DNA of 62,181 nucleotides, filler included, from Basidiobolus ranarum (GCA_040143965.1; 11 parts of 11 records of this genome joined end to end with filler, not necessarily neighbours in it), one strand, 5' to 3'. Shown: positions 37,101 through 49,495, counted from the whole stretch's first letter. Notes: generated by a model from the letters alone, not told the origin. A program made the numbers and translations.

Positions 37101-38561
37101 TATTTGTTAACCACTGGAACAATCATACGTTACCTTAGCCTAGTAACAGGCTGTACTAGTAAAACGCACGTTGTTAATCGCGCTAGAGTCATCGTGGAGC
37201 AATTAAGAACACATGTTGATGTTTATGCTACAATAGCAAGTTGTAAGAATAACCCTAACACCAGTCGATGGTTATTGATGCTCCAAATAGTAAGTTATAC
37301 CAAGTTGTAAGAGCATGATATTCAAGATTTAATAAACCCATTTTTTGGTAATACTGATGGGACTGATTACAACTGATTGGTGCTGATAATGAATGGTAAC
37401 ATGGCACTGACACCAATTAATTAGCTGTTCGAAACTAATTATTTGATACGAAATAACACTGACTTAGGGTTAGGTGATTCATGTCATCTATTGAAAACCG
37501 AAATCAGGGTTAGGGCTAGACTCCAGCTGCTTACTAATTTCAGCCAATCACAGCATACCAGCGGTTTCAAATTCATTCAAAGTATGTTACTGATATGGTA
37601 GTAGCACTTGTCCAGAGGTTTGTTCCGAAAAGATCTCTGGAGAACGGTCCGAAGATGTAGGCCTATTGACTAAATGGAGTCGGGTAGTTTGAAGGTATGA
37701 AATCGGCCAGAAATCATGTGAAAATTAACAGCATTTGCTACTCAGCCTAGCTTTAGGACGGGTTTGTTAGGAATTCCAAATACCCCAGTACCCCCAGTAC
37801 TTCTTATCAACCCTACCCTAAGTTAGTGTCAACATGGCTCGTGTAATGCTTACTATGCCCATTGATTGGTTTGGCCTAGCATCCAATCCAACAAAACATC
37901 AATCTCTCACTTAACTGACTTAATGATTAAATATAATCACTTTAATTTATTAACAGATTGATAATTGATATTTACCATGGGGTGGGGAACCCCTCAACGT
38001 TTGTTGGACAGCATTTTTTTTGCTTTATTCAAACATCATTGCTCGAGCCTTCCTTTGTTTTCATACCATTACTTGGTTATTGAGGACTACATATTTACTT
38101 TCTCTTATTTGAACTCAGCAACCCTACAAGTTCTTCTTACTAAACTTTCTACTGGAGCTATTATTCAGAACAGTAATATATTTATAGGTAATTATAAGTC
38201 TTTATTTTTATGATATCTTCTTTTGGTTGGTTACGAGTATTTCGAGATATGTTGTTGGAGGTAAACTTCGGATGGTTAATAGCTATGTTATAGTTTAACC
38301 ATTTAGTTATTCTCACTTCATCTTTACCTCATGTATTAAAGGGTTTTCGAACAGGACCAGATGTTTGGAAATCCTACTTTACCATGGGTTGATTATGGTT
38401 AATATTCGACCAAACTCTTCTATATGTGTTTAGTTTCAACCCGGTTTTGTTTATTCTTTCCCTTACAACCAACCTTTTGAACATATATGCACCGATATTT
38501 CCAATAAGATATTAACTTTGATAGTATTTTGGTTTATTTTTAATAGTAAATAAGTTAAACG

Positions 38562-39586
38562 ATGTCTGCTATCACTGATAAAGAACAAGTTGAAAACCCC
38601 GTTTTCAACCAAGAAGAAGTTTTGGTTACCGAAGCTCCTGAAGTTACTGAAGAATCTAGTAACGCTGCCAAAAATAAGAAGAAGAAGAACCAGACGAAGA
38701 AGAAGAAGAATGCTATTGATACCACTTCTACTCCTGAAGATACCTCTGCACCTGGTACTCCAGTCACTGAAGAAAAACCAGAAGAATTTTCCGTTGAAAC
38801 TGGTATGTTTTGAATGGATTTTTATTTGAGAAATACTTTACCAAATTTACTTATTCAATTGAATTTTTAAAGATGAAGTAGAGAAGAATGTGGAAGAATC
38901 CAACATAGACCTTAAACTACCTGAGGTGGAAAAGGCTCAAGAAGATACCCAATTAGAACAACCTGAAGAAGTGACTACTGAAACTCCTCAATTAGATATT
39001 GAAGATAAAGAACAGTTAATCGAAACCCCTGTACTCCTCAAACAAGATACCGCCGAACCTATTACCCAACAGTTAGAAACTGAAATTGTTCCAATCGTAA
39101 TTGAAGAACAGAAAGATGATGCTAATGTCGAAGTTGTTGAAGAGAAAGCCCTCGAGTCTACTGAAGCTACCGAGGAAGAAGTTGCCCATGTTGCTGAAGA
39201 GAAGGCTGTCGAAGCTACAGAAGCTGCTTCTGAAGTTGTCGAGGCTGCCCAAGAGAAGACTGCTGAAACTGTTGAAGCCACCGAAGAAGCCGTGGTTGAA
39301 GCTACTGAGGTTGCCGAGGAAAAGGCTGCTGATGTCGCTGAAACTGTTGAAGAGAAGGCCGCCGAGACTGCTGAAGCCACCAAAGAAACCGTTGCTGAAG
39401 CTACTGAAGTTGCCGAAGAAAAGGCTGCTGATGTCGTCGAAGCCACGGAAGAAACCGCTGCTGAAGCTACTGAAGCCGTTGAAGAGAAGGCCGCCGAGAC
39501 TGTCGAAGCCACCGAAGAAACCGTCGCTGAAGCTACTGAAGGTGCCGAGGAAAAGGCTGCCGAGACAGGCGCTGCGACCTACGATA
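38562..39586 (+). CDS. Acidic E/A/T/V-rich repeat protein, 3' truncated; exons 38562-38802 and 38873 onward
   Basis: Intron 38803-38872 (GTATGT..AAAG) joins in frame. N-terminal poly-Lys patch, then 11/22-aa repeats EEKAAETVEATEETVAEATEVA. Confidence 0.85.
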
Positions 39587-39829
39587 NNNNNNNNNNNNNN
39601 NNNNNNNNNNNNNNNNNNNNNNNNNNNNNNTTAATTAATTAANNNNNNNNNNNNNNNNNNNNNNNNNNNNNNNNNNNNNNNNNNNNCACATAATTCACAT
39701 ATATATAAAATATATGTTCCGATTTGCAGCTAAGTGATATTTGACTAAATAATGTTGACTAACTAATATGTGATATATGAAATAGTTAGGTGTATAACGA
39801 TAGGGATAACATATATGATAAAGACAATA

Positions 39830-40267
39830 AACTTCAACAGTTTGCTGGTAAAGCACATTGCTGTTGTGGAGTTACAATTAATCAGTCAAGTATGTGCATA
39901 GGTAGAGACTGAACACAGCAAGATTCTTGTATTTTTGATTCTCAATATGGCTGGAATTCCAAGCCTAAAATATTTAACTTAAGGCATGCATATTAATTCA
40001 AATACTGATAGCAGAAAACCCAGTAATTTCCTATTCTAAATAGATTTCTGCAAAAATTGCCAGATATTGAATAATGCATGCCAAACTTGAGGTCCAGTAT
40101 TTTAACATGTGTGAATACCATCAAAATACCATCAAGAAGTTGCCATCAAACCATCAAAATCCCTGGCAGAATTCAAGCCAATAAGATTATGATAGCTCTC
40201 TGATGGTTTTGCTATTTTGGAGGGTGGTTTTCATCTGGATCAAATAAATTTTATTTTTTTGTTAGGG
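39830..40267 (+). mobile_element. CACTA right end
   Basis: Homolog of 4830-5237 and 1-311; ends TTTTTTGTTAGGG. Confidence 0.8.
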
Positions 40268-40304
40268 GATTGACAAATGTTTTTCCCTTGAACCAGGTCT
40301 GCGG

Positions 40305-42981
40305 CTAGCAACAGTGAGCAAACTAAAGCTTGCCAATAAGAAAGAGTCCAGACCAATACCTTTGTCTTCTTCTTCAACTTCTGATATGCTACCATCAGTA
40401 CTGGAATAACAAAGTCAACATCTAGCAGCAAGTCCTCAAAGTTGTCTAGACTTACCAGTTTGACCAAAGTTGCATTTCTACCTACATCATTCTGCTCATA
40501 CAACTGTGGTAACTCCAGAGTATTTGAAACTTTTGGCAGAATTACCAAAACATTGAGGCAAAGCACAGCCAGTGGACTCAGTGGTCAAAACTAAAGTTGA
40601 TCATGTGCACTTATTACTGTTGACATTCACTAGGCTTTGTGCAGCTGCTAGCTTTGTACAGTGACTGTGCTTGTGATTATTTTTTCTATGAAGCCTCTGG
40701 CTTCCATGACACAGGAATTTGTGACAACAATAGCAGGGCTTCTTTGAACATCTATGTTGTGGCATGAAAAGAATATTGTAGAAAAAAGAACACCTGCTAC
40801 ATAAGGGTGGAATTTTAGGTATTGCCCATCAATATCATCAGCTGAGTATGAGAAGGTGTCACAGATGGTTCATCAGGGGATTTACAAGTTATTTCTGGTA
40901 TTGGATGGCAATTTTGGTTTATTATAAGTCATTTCTAAGCAATTTCACTACACCAAGTTTACCATCTGAAAAGTTCAATACCATTCAAAAAGTATTTGTA
41001 ATCAAAATCAGAATTGGCTTCCAACCAAAAGCCTACTGGCAGCAAAGGAAAAAACCAGCAAGAACAGAGGACTTAATTGATGAGCAGGCTAGTGATCCAT
41101 TATCCACTTTGCAAGGCACTTACATGCCAGAAACAAACTGAAGTAATGATGAAGTATTGATCAGTTTACCAGATGTGTTCCTTTCCAGCAATAGTGCAAG
41201 TGAAGAAATTGTGATCCTCCCATTACATAGCAAATTAATAGTTAAGCAAAGTCCAACAGAAGCACCATCAAGCCCTTCAACTTCCCAAATGGCTACTTTG
41301 CCCACAATTGAACAACCCTCTGTAGAAAATTTGGATAGAATTATTACAACAAGGGAATTGGAGGCAGAACACCATAATGATTTGTATGCAATTATAAGTA
41401 AACACTTCAAAGTTGGCATACAGGCCATGAAAAGCAATAAGGCTGCAATAGCGCAATTAATGCAATGTTTGGAAGCAACTAGTTAACAGTTGGAGAGTCA
41501 CTCAACAATGATACAAGATCTTCAGAATGCTGTACCTGAGTGACAGCAACATGCTCCACCCTTTGTCCATTCTCATACAGGATTACAATCAATCCCACAC
41601 CATGCATAAAAATGTCACCATGAAAATCTAGCAAAGCAGAATATGTATTGGATCATTAAGCCTACACAACAACCTGAAATTGCTTGGGTACATGAAAGTG
41701 AAAATCTCATAGGTAAACAGGCAAACCAAAAGACTCTAAATGTCAAAGCTGCTGTCACTTCTGCAGATGATGAGTGGTTTAACATCTTGGAACATGTGCG
41801 GAATCTTAAACAAAATCAACTCAATTTAGCCAATCATGGACAACCAAAAACCAGGCATTACTCTGAAGGTTCTTGACTTATTTCATGTGGCCTATGCTGG
41901 GTTTTTGCAACCAAATGGCAATTGGGCTACTATGGGGCTATTCATGAAAATCTCAAAAATGTACTCAGTAATCAACTTGGAAAAGAAAGAAAAGCAGCTA
42001 AAGAAGTACTCATGGAGCAGGAAGTTAGTAGGCCTGAGAGAAAATCAAAGGAACCAGTGAGCTGATGCTCCACTGTCCCACTTATCAAATTGCTTGCACC
42101 ATTACAAAGATCTGCATTTCAGAGTCGGATATACTGGCAAAAAAGCGTAATTTTACTATGGAACCAGGTACACCAGTTGGAAGAGTGCTAAATTTGGAAG
42201 CTTATCCATGACCTGGTGCCTCTCAAGAAGCCAGAATACCAGCAAATAAAACTCACCACTCTCCAATCTCAACTGGTACTTTTCAAAGTGTTGAACTTGG
42301 CCCCAAAGTTAAAAGCAAGCAAAACGTCACACAAACACCACAAAGCACCCTTGTTAGTGTCACACTACAAGGATTTATGAAAATAGTCAAAGTGCTTGAG
42401 GAGGATTTTCAAAATATGAAGGGAAAAATGCAGTGCAAGTATGCAGAAAGTGGCTTCAGAAGAAGAACATTCAACTTGACATTCAGTCTGATGTTGACCA
42501 TGCAGTTATCCAGGAAGAAGTTTGTACAGAGTGGCACAATATTATAAGGTATCTGCCACATAGCTGAAAGAATGTTTATTCAGCAACATTAATACAATGG
42601 TGGGCTTTGATGGAGATAGTGATACAAACTTGTGTTGGATATGAGCTAAACCTTGGGTATGAAGAACTTTATAAAAAATATTCAGGAGAATATATCAAAG
42701 AAACTAGGAATTGCAAAGGTGATAAATTAGCATTCAAGTGGTAAATGTGTAAAATTTGAGTTATGTTCTTTGCACACACATTAATCCATAGTCCTCTGAG
42801 ATTGTTGCCAATCATGTGCAACTATTTTGTGAGATCTTGAAATTTCACACCTGAAACTGAAAAATTTATTAAAATCAAATCTAACTTGACAATTTTATGA
42901 TGGTAAGTAAATGGTCAATCCCAAATGGATTAAAATTGTGATGGTTTTCCTACAAAAACAATCATCAAATTTCTGGTAGTG
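40305..42981 (-). mobile_element. CACTA copy: left terminus (42981), accessory ORF remnant (+, ~41000-42480) and transposase start (-)
   Basis: Minus strand begins CACTACCAGAAATTTGATG. Collinear with 16128-16921 and 11790-13950. Confidence 0.88.
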
Positions 42982-42983
42982 TT

Positions 42984-43153
42984 CATGCTAGAAGTAAGTA
43001 CATTGATATTTAACAGCACTTTGTTAGGGAATCCTAGAGAATAAGCACATACAATTAGAGTACTAACAAACTGGGGACACAATTGCTGATATTCTTACCA
43101 AGCCATTACCCAAGCCAAAATTTCAAGAATTGAGATTTAGGTTAGGATTATGA
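42984..43153 (+). mobile_element. Ty1/copia RNase H C-terminal remnant
   Basis: HARSKYIDI*QHFVRE..IQLEY*QTGDTIADILTKPLPKPKFQELRFRLGL*. Confidence 0.85.
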
Positions 43154-43244
43154 AATATATTAATATTTAGTAGAGTGTGAATGTTAAAGTTTATTGTCTT
43201 TATCATATTTGATATCTCTATCTTTATAAAACTAAATTGTATGT

Positions 43245-44121
43245 TGCACATGATTGGCTACAATGTCAGAAAACTATGGATCAATGCATGAGCAAAAAAC
43301 GTAACACATATTTTTGCGGATTTACCACTTGTATGCTAATTTGTCACCTTTAAGTCCCTAGTTTCCCATAATATATTCTTCTGGATATTCTTATAGAGTT
43401 CTTCATACTGAAGGTTTAGCTGCAAGTTTTATTTGCTGGTGTTTTGGCTTGTTGAGAGGTGACAGGTGTTTGATAAACTTCCCAATTTAGCACTCTTCCT
43501 GCTGGTGTACTTGGTTCCATGGTAAAATTAAGCATTTTAGGCAAAATATCTGCTGGTATATCTGACTCTGGAAATACAGATTTTTGTGTTGGTGTGAAAA
43601 TTAGGTAAATAGGACAGTACAGCCTAAACTCACTGGCACCTTAGCTCCTCCCTTGGGGTTACTAGCTTCCTTTTTCTTGAGTGCATCTTTAGCAGCTTTT
43701 CTTTCTTTTCCAAGTCAATGATTGCATACATGTTTGAGAAGTTATATAAAACAGCCTATACTAGTGCAATTGCCAATTGCTTGCAAAAACTATGAATAAG
43801 CCACATTGAATAAGTCAAGAACCTTCCGAGTAACACCCAGTCTTTGGGTTTTCCACTATAGGTTCAAATCAGGCTGATATTGGGCAAGATTCCACACAGT
43901 TTCCAAAATGTTAAACCATCCAATATCAGAGCATATGACAGCAGCACTCACATTCAGTATCATTTGGTTAATTGCAGGCATTGTTGAGATGTTTCATGAA
44001 TAGGCCTATACTAGCCCAATTACCATTTGCTTTCAAAAATCACAGATCAGCAACATGCAATAAGTCCAGAACCTTCAGTAACACCTGGTTTTTGGTTTTT
44101 CCATGATTGTCTCATATCTTG
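43245..44121 (+). mobile_element. Further rearranged CACTA fragments
   Basis: Patchy homology to 16295-16465 and 12020-12550. Confidence 0.75.
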
Positions 44122-44436
44122 GGAATAAATTTTCTTCTATTATATTATATGTTATGTTTTTTGAGTTAGTCTTTAATATTTATATTGTTAATAGATCAAT
44201 ATAATTTTACTTTATTGAAAATAATACGTGAATATTATCATGGTGATGTTGATGTTAAAATATACATTATTAATGTAATTAAAAAAAAATGCAAACAAAA
44301 AAACACCAAAATTATGAAACAACAACGTAAGTTAAAATATATATAATTTTTTTGTAAATTTTAAACATTTGATTTTTAAAATTTATTTTATTTTTAATTA
44401 TTAAGGAATATTAATAAATAGTGTAAAATAGTAAGA

Positions 44437-45027
44437 ATGAATTTCAAAATAATAATAACATCTGTATTTTGTAACATTGAAATAGAAATCACAAAACAAT
44501 TTAAACGCATACTCAAAGAAATGTATCAAATGAAATCAGAACTATTAGGTATAATCAGAGGTGAGTATGAATGTAAACTAAAAACTAAATGTGATGTAAT
44601 TATCAAATCTGGTAAATGTAAAGATGAGATATGTTGTAGAAAAATAAAAAATGGGCAAAATTTTTGCCAATATCACATACCAAAAATGGGTAAAAATAAT
44701 TTGGCTGAAGTATTAATTTCCAAAGTTGAGACTCTAGATATTCCAAAAGTTGATACTCTAGAAATTTCAGAAATTTGAAAAGTTGATACTCTATAGATTC
44801 CAAAAGTTGATACTCTAGAGATTCCAAATAATAATCTCAATATTTCAAATGTTGATATCCAACAAACCAATAGTGATCTACAATCTCTTGATCCTCTTCA
44901 ACATATTAACATTATTTCAACCAAACTTGTTTCTATGGTTTTGGAATATGGTGAGGTCTTACCATTGACAAGAAATCTTATTATAGCTTATACATGGGAA
45001 ATAGTAAGTAAATATATATGGAGATAA
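44437..45027 (+). pseudogene. AT-rich giant-virus-like hypothetical protein relic with two internal stops (44776, 44794)
   Basis: 196-codon frame with CDVIIKSGKCKDEICCRK..FCQYH, four KVDTLEIP-type repeats (44722-44826) and C-terminal GEVLPLTRNLI. Base composition differs sharply from the flanks. Confidence 0.55.
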
Positions 45028-45067
45028 CTATAGGAAAAAAACATAACATAATAACGGAAGAACATAT

Positions 45068-45240
45068 TAAAGGAAGCAGCTTTGATTATTGAGGAGTGGA
45101 GAGTTCAATCCAATCTTAGCAACCATGTGGATTATATTGCTAAAGGGGATCAGCTGGAGCCAGAGCTTCCCATTAGGCACCATGCACTTACTATTCAACA
45201 ACATTCCAATACTACTTACTCAGCTATACAGTGCAAAATT
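45068..45240 (+). mobile_element. Internally deleted CACTA transposase fragment
   Basis: Matches 13962-14017 joined to ~4210-4315. Confidence 0.75.
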
Positions 45241-45421
45241 NNNNNNNNNNNNNNNNNNNNNNNNNNNNNNNNNNNNNNNNNNNNTTAATTAATTAANNNN
45301 NNNNNNNNNNNNNNNNNNNNNNNNNNNNNNNNNNNNNNNNAAATTAATCAGTCAATTTATCAGTGAATCAAGTCCCGAAATTGCACTCACCTCAGGAACC
45401 AGCCTCAATAGAATGTCATGT

Positions 45422-45494
45422 GGGGTGTTGGCCTAATGGATAAGGCATCAGACTTCGGATCTGGGGATTGCGGGTTCGAGTCCCGTGCACCTCG
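45422..45494 (+). tRNA. tRNA-Arg(TCG)
   Basis: Full cloverleaf: acceptor GGGGTGT/GCACCTC, D-stem GCCT/AGGC, anticodon TCG at 45455-45457, T-arm GCGGG-TTCGAGT-CCCGT; oligo-T terminator follows. Confidence 0.95.
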
Positions 45495-45800
45495 TTTTTG
45501 TTTCAACCCATCACATGTATGAGTTCTAACCTCACCTTATTATTCCATGCTATTGATGTGTTTAGCATCCAAGGATTTAAGTCGCTCCTGCTAGAGCTTA
45601 CGTACTCATCGTTAGTCTAATGAATGATCTTACTCCAGGTCCATTCTCTAACAGATGCGATGTTGTGTCTGGCAATTTGGATGCCACAATATTGAGCGTA
45701 TTACGATTGCTTCATTGATAGGTCAGGGAAGAATTTTAGAACGAAATACAATAACCGAAAGTAAACACTCGAAACAATCCTAAGCAAGAGAATGCCATGT

Positions 45801-45872
45801 GGGGCGTTGGCCTAATGGATAAGGCATCAGACTTTGGATCTGAGGATTGTAGCATTAAGTCTTGGCACCTGG
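45801..45872 (+). pseudogene. Degenerate duplicate of tRNA-Arg(TCG)
   Basis: 5' half nearly identical, anticodon now TTG, T-arm/B box destroyed. Shares short flanks with the intact gene. Confidence 0.85.
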
Positions 45873-45918
45873 TTTTTGCTTCAACCCAGAATAGACATTG
45901 GTAATATTACGCTCATTG

Positions 45919-46864
45919 GGACCTTTCTTAATACACTCTACATGCTGATTTGCTTACATCTGGACAAAAGTATAAATGTCAACTTTCTACTCAATAAATA
46001 AATAAGTGAAGACCCCCAATTTCTCTATTTCTCCAAACTACTTCCAACAGGCTCCCAAAATACTTTAACATTTACATTAGAAATTATTATAGAAACATAT
46101 GTTTGATGTTATTTATATTATATTTGTATGTTTTTGCGGTTTATGAGTTTTTTGAAGTCACCAAGACTAAAATCCAATATTATTGAAATAAAATTATTCT
46201 TCATTCCAATTAATAAATAGACTAATGATTTCACGATTTATATTTACCACTTCTCTCGATATGTACTCATATTTCATGTAATAATAGTTGGAAAATATAT
46301 TTGGCAGTTAAATTCAAACCATTTCTTCCACAAATATAGACATTGTTCTGGACTAAGTTTTGCTTAAAAACTATGCAGAAGGTTTGTTTAGTCACATGAT
46401 GGATTAGCAAATCATTTAAGTTAGAGGACTAGGGTAGATAATATGATATTGAGGTAAAGTTACCAAATTTAAGACCCAAATCCTTGGATATTGATGGTGG
46501 CTTCTTAATTCAGATGTGTTAATGTATTTGGGAGCCTGTTGGAAGTGGTTTGGAGAATTAGAGAAATTGGTGGTTTTCACTTATTGATTTGTTCAGTAGA
46601 AAGTTGACATTTATAGTTTTGTAAAGATGTAAACAAACTAACATGTAGAATGTGTTAAGGAAGGTCCCAGGAACATGTGTGCAAATTTTGGGGCTTCCAG
46701 CACAAGTTTGAAAAATCTATATATCTGAGAACTTCTAAGTTGGTGTCAATATTCTAAGTAAATTCCTTATGAGAACAATGGATAATATCTTAGTTCAATA
46801 TAAGATAACTAAGTACTAAGCTATATATGACTATATAGGTGTTTAGGCAATGCTAATATCAACA
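45919..46864. repeat. Non-coding interspersed element with ~155-bp inverted arms (45919-46073 / 46512-46668)
   Basis: Arms are diverged reverse complements. The right arm plus extension to ..ATCAACA (46864) recurs at ~56960-57273. Confidence 0.75.
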
Positions 46865-47060
46865 AGATGCACTATATCTGTGTCACTAACTAATAGTGCC
46901 AAGTACAAAAACAAACTAAGCTTAACTTTTATATTGTAAACATTTGATAAGTCAAAACCATATTGTTAGATTCAAATGAAACGTTTTCTGTGTCAAAAAT
47001 GAATTGATTGTGTAGGATGACCATTTATTCTAGAAAACCTCTATAAAAGATGGACGTATT

Positions 47061-48518
47061 TTATTGTCCATGACGTCTTGCCTAAAATGATATTCAGTTG
47101 GGTGGGTTTGGATGGAGGAGAAAGCGAAATAATATAAAGCTTACCTGATAAAGACCTGTGTAATATCCAGAATAATACCACGCCATTAGCAGATTTGCTA
47201 AAGCTTCGTCCTCTGATGAACACGCGAGATTTAGTGGATTATTACTAGAATGGACGATGAAACGAGATCTTAAATACCTGTGAATGCAGATACAGCGGGT
47301 GGGGGTGGTGGTGGAGGTAGCTATACAAAAAAAGGTTAACACATGCAGAACATGATAGGATGGAAGAGGGGCCTTAAACTACCATTCCATATCCCTGTGT
47401 AGTATGGCCCATCTATTAGATTAAAGTTAGTGACAAGAAGCCAAAGTGCATGTGCTAGTTGTAAGTTACATTTGGTTGCGGTGGGTGCTGAGGTCCAGTT
47501 GAGTAGGGATTGTATTGTGGGTGTGATGCCATTGGTGGCGGTATTGGGGATTTTCCAGTCTGTGTAGCTGAAGTAGGATAAGAATAGAAGCCAGTTGAGG
47601 TGTTTGGATAAGTGCTTGGATACTGGTAGTGAGGATTAGAGTTAGAGTCCACTTGATGTCCATAATATCCGTAATGATTTTCATAATAATCGCTAGTCGG
47701 CTGAGCTTCGTTTTCAATTGAAGGCTCCTGCAGAAAATCTTGATTAAAATATGATTGAAGTAAAGTAGTTGTTTCTCTTATACTAACCACAGCTTCTGTC
47801 GCATGTACTTCCTGTGGTTTGGGCGCGGATACCTTTTTAATCGGCCTTGAAGCTGCATATTTATTAGTATCAAGTGAATTAATGAGTATTTAAGAATGAG
47901 GAACCTTTTGCTTTCTGGTGAGGAGTAGTAGTTTTTGTTTGCACCTAAGAAATGATATGAATACATTATGAGAGGAAATGTAGGATAATGTGGATCTTAT
48001 TGATTTACCTTTGAAGCGGTAACTACTTTGGCGCTTTTATCTTGATGACTGAAGATTATTTAAAAAAGATATTCGAGAGCATCATAAACGAATATTATTA
48101 CCTTGACTTCTCATGGTTGGCAGAAGCCTTGGCCGCGCTACTGTGATAGAGCTTGAAAATATTGAGGATGGAGAATATAATATAGGTAAATTGGGCTAAT
48201 GTACCTCGTATTCCTCTACTGCAGCATCCCAAGCAGTAATTAAAGCACTGTCATCCCATACATCCTCATTTACAGCCTTATAACCAGTTTAAGTACGATT
48301 GCTCAAGTGATTGTTAAGTAAAACCTAGCTACCTTGTTTTTTTTTCTGTCAAAAACTACCTCTTTTAAATGCTCAAGTTCGGGAATATTCTCTTCCTCAT
48401 ACTCCTCTTCTTCTTCTTCTCCCTCTAAATCCTGCTCTTGTTCTTCCACTTCTTCCACCTCTGATGCGTTCAACTCATCCTCATAGTCAAATGCTTCTTG
48501 TTTATTCAAACTCGACAT
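47061..48518 (-). CDS. smn1: Survival motor neuron (SMN) homolog, about 10 short exons
   Basis: Exon 48205-48276 encodes the Gemin2-binding motif VWDDSALITAWDAAVEEY. YG-box DEALANLLMAWYYSGYYTGLYQ at ~47145-47210. Last exon 47061-47081. Some internal exon borders not fully resolved. Confidence 0.9.
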
Positions 48519-48875
48519 TCTATGTTTGACTAGAGTTACAATGCGCTCGATTAATAATATGATTAATCAACACCTTATCATTTTTATTGATATTTTTATC
48601 CCCTAAAAATTATGGATAAATTTAAAGAACCTCTCTCAATGAAGCGAATTAGTCTAGTTACTTTTTCCATCATGCTATCTTATTTAACCCAAACTTTAAC
48701 CCTAGCCCTTCGCAACATTAGTTATCACAATAATGATAGCACTCAACAACCCTATACCTGAATCAGAAAAGGGAGAATACATTCACCCCTAACCCTGATT
48801 ACGTGTAGAGAGTGATATTAGCGAATTTATGTTGGTTTGTGTTGTGATAGACATCACTACATAGTACACTTAATA

Positions 48876-49495
48876 ATGCTCATCAAAGTCAAGGTACCTT
48901 CAGTACTTGTCTCTTTCTAATATAAAATCATGGTTTATTAACTGAGTTCTATTTCTCTTAAATTTTTGTGGTTCATTAAGACACTCACTGGTAAAGAGGT
49001 AAATCAAATGATATTGATTAATCAGTTGAATCGTATAGATCTAACCAAGAATGTCCTACTTTTTCCACTTTAAAACAACACTAGATTGAGATCGATATTG
49101 AACCTAATGATAAGGTCGGTAGATTTACTGATAATCCTTGGGTAAAACATAAGTTGCCTTGACTTAACTTCTTTACAGATCACTAGAATCAAAGAACGTG
49201 TCGAAGAGAAAGAGGGTATTCCTCCTGCTCAACAAAGGTACCCAACTTATTCAAACCATATTAGCTTGATACCCGAGTACTTTTATTAACATGAAAGGTT
49301 TTATAAAATAGATTGATTTTTGGTGGTAAACAGATGTAAGTGAACATTTACTAGTCAGGTGCACTACTTATATATACAAGTCTTAAACTCATTGATACGA
49401 TAATAAGGGCTGACGAAAAAACCGCTACCGATTACAATATCGAAGGTGGTTCAGTACTTCACTTGGTATTGGCACTTCGCGGAGGATCTTTATAG
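48876..49495 (+). CDS. NEDD8: NEDD8/Rub1 ubiquitin-like protein, 6 exons
   Basis: Spliced product [78 protein letters not shown]; five GT-AG introns. Missed by the ORF track. Confidence 0.96.

Noticed and set aside
38988-39634. Antisense and alternative-frame ORFs (38988-39512, 39101-39634), and similar ones over MET5, GAPDH, the CBM19 genes and the transposase
   Set aside because: Shadows of repetitive or codon-biased real genes.
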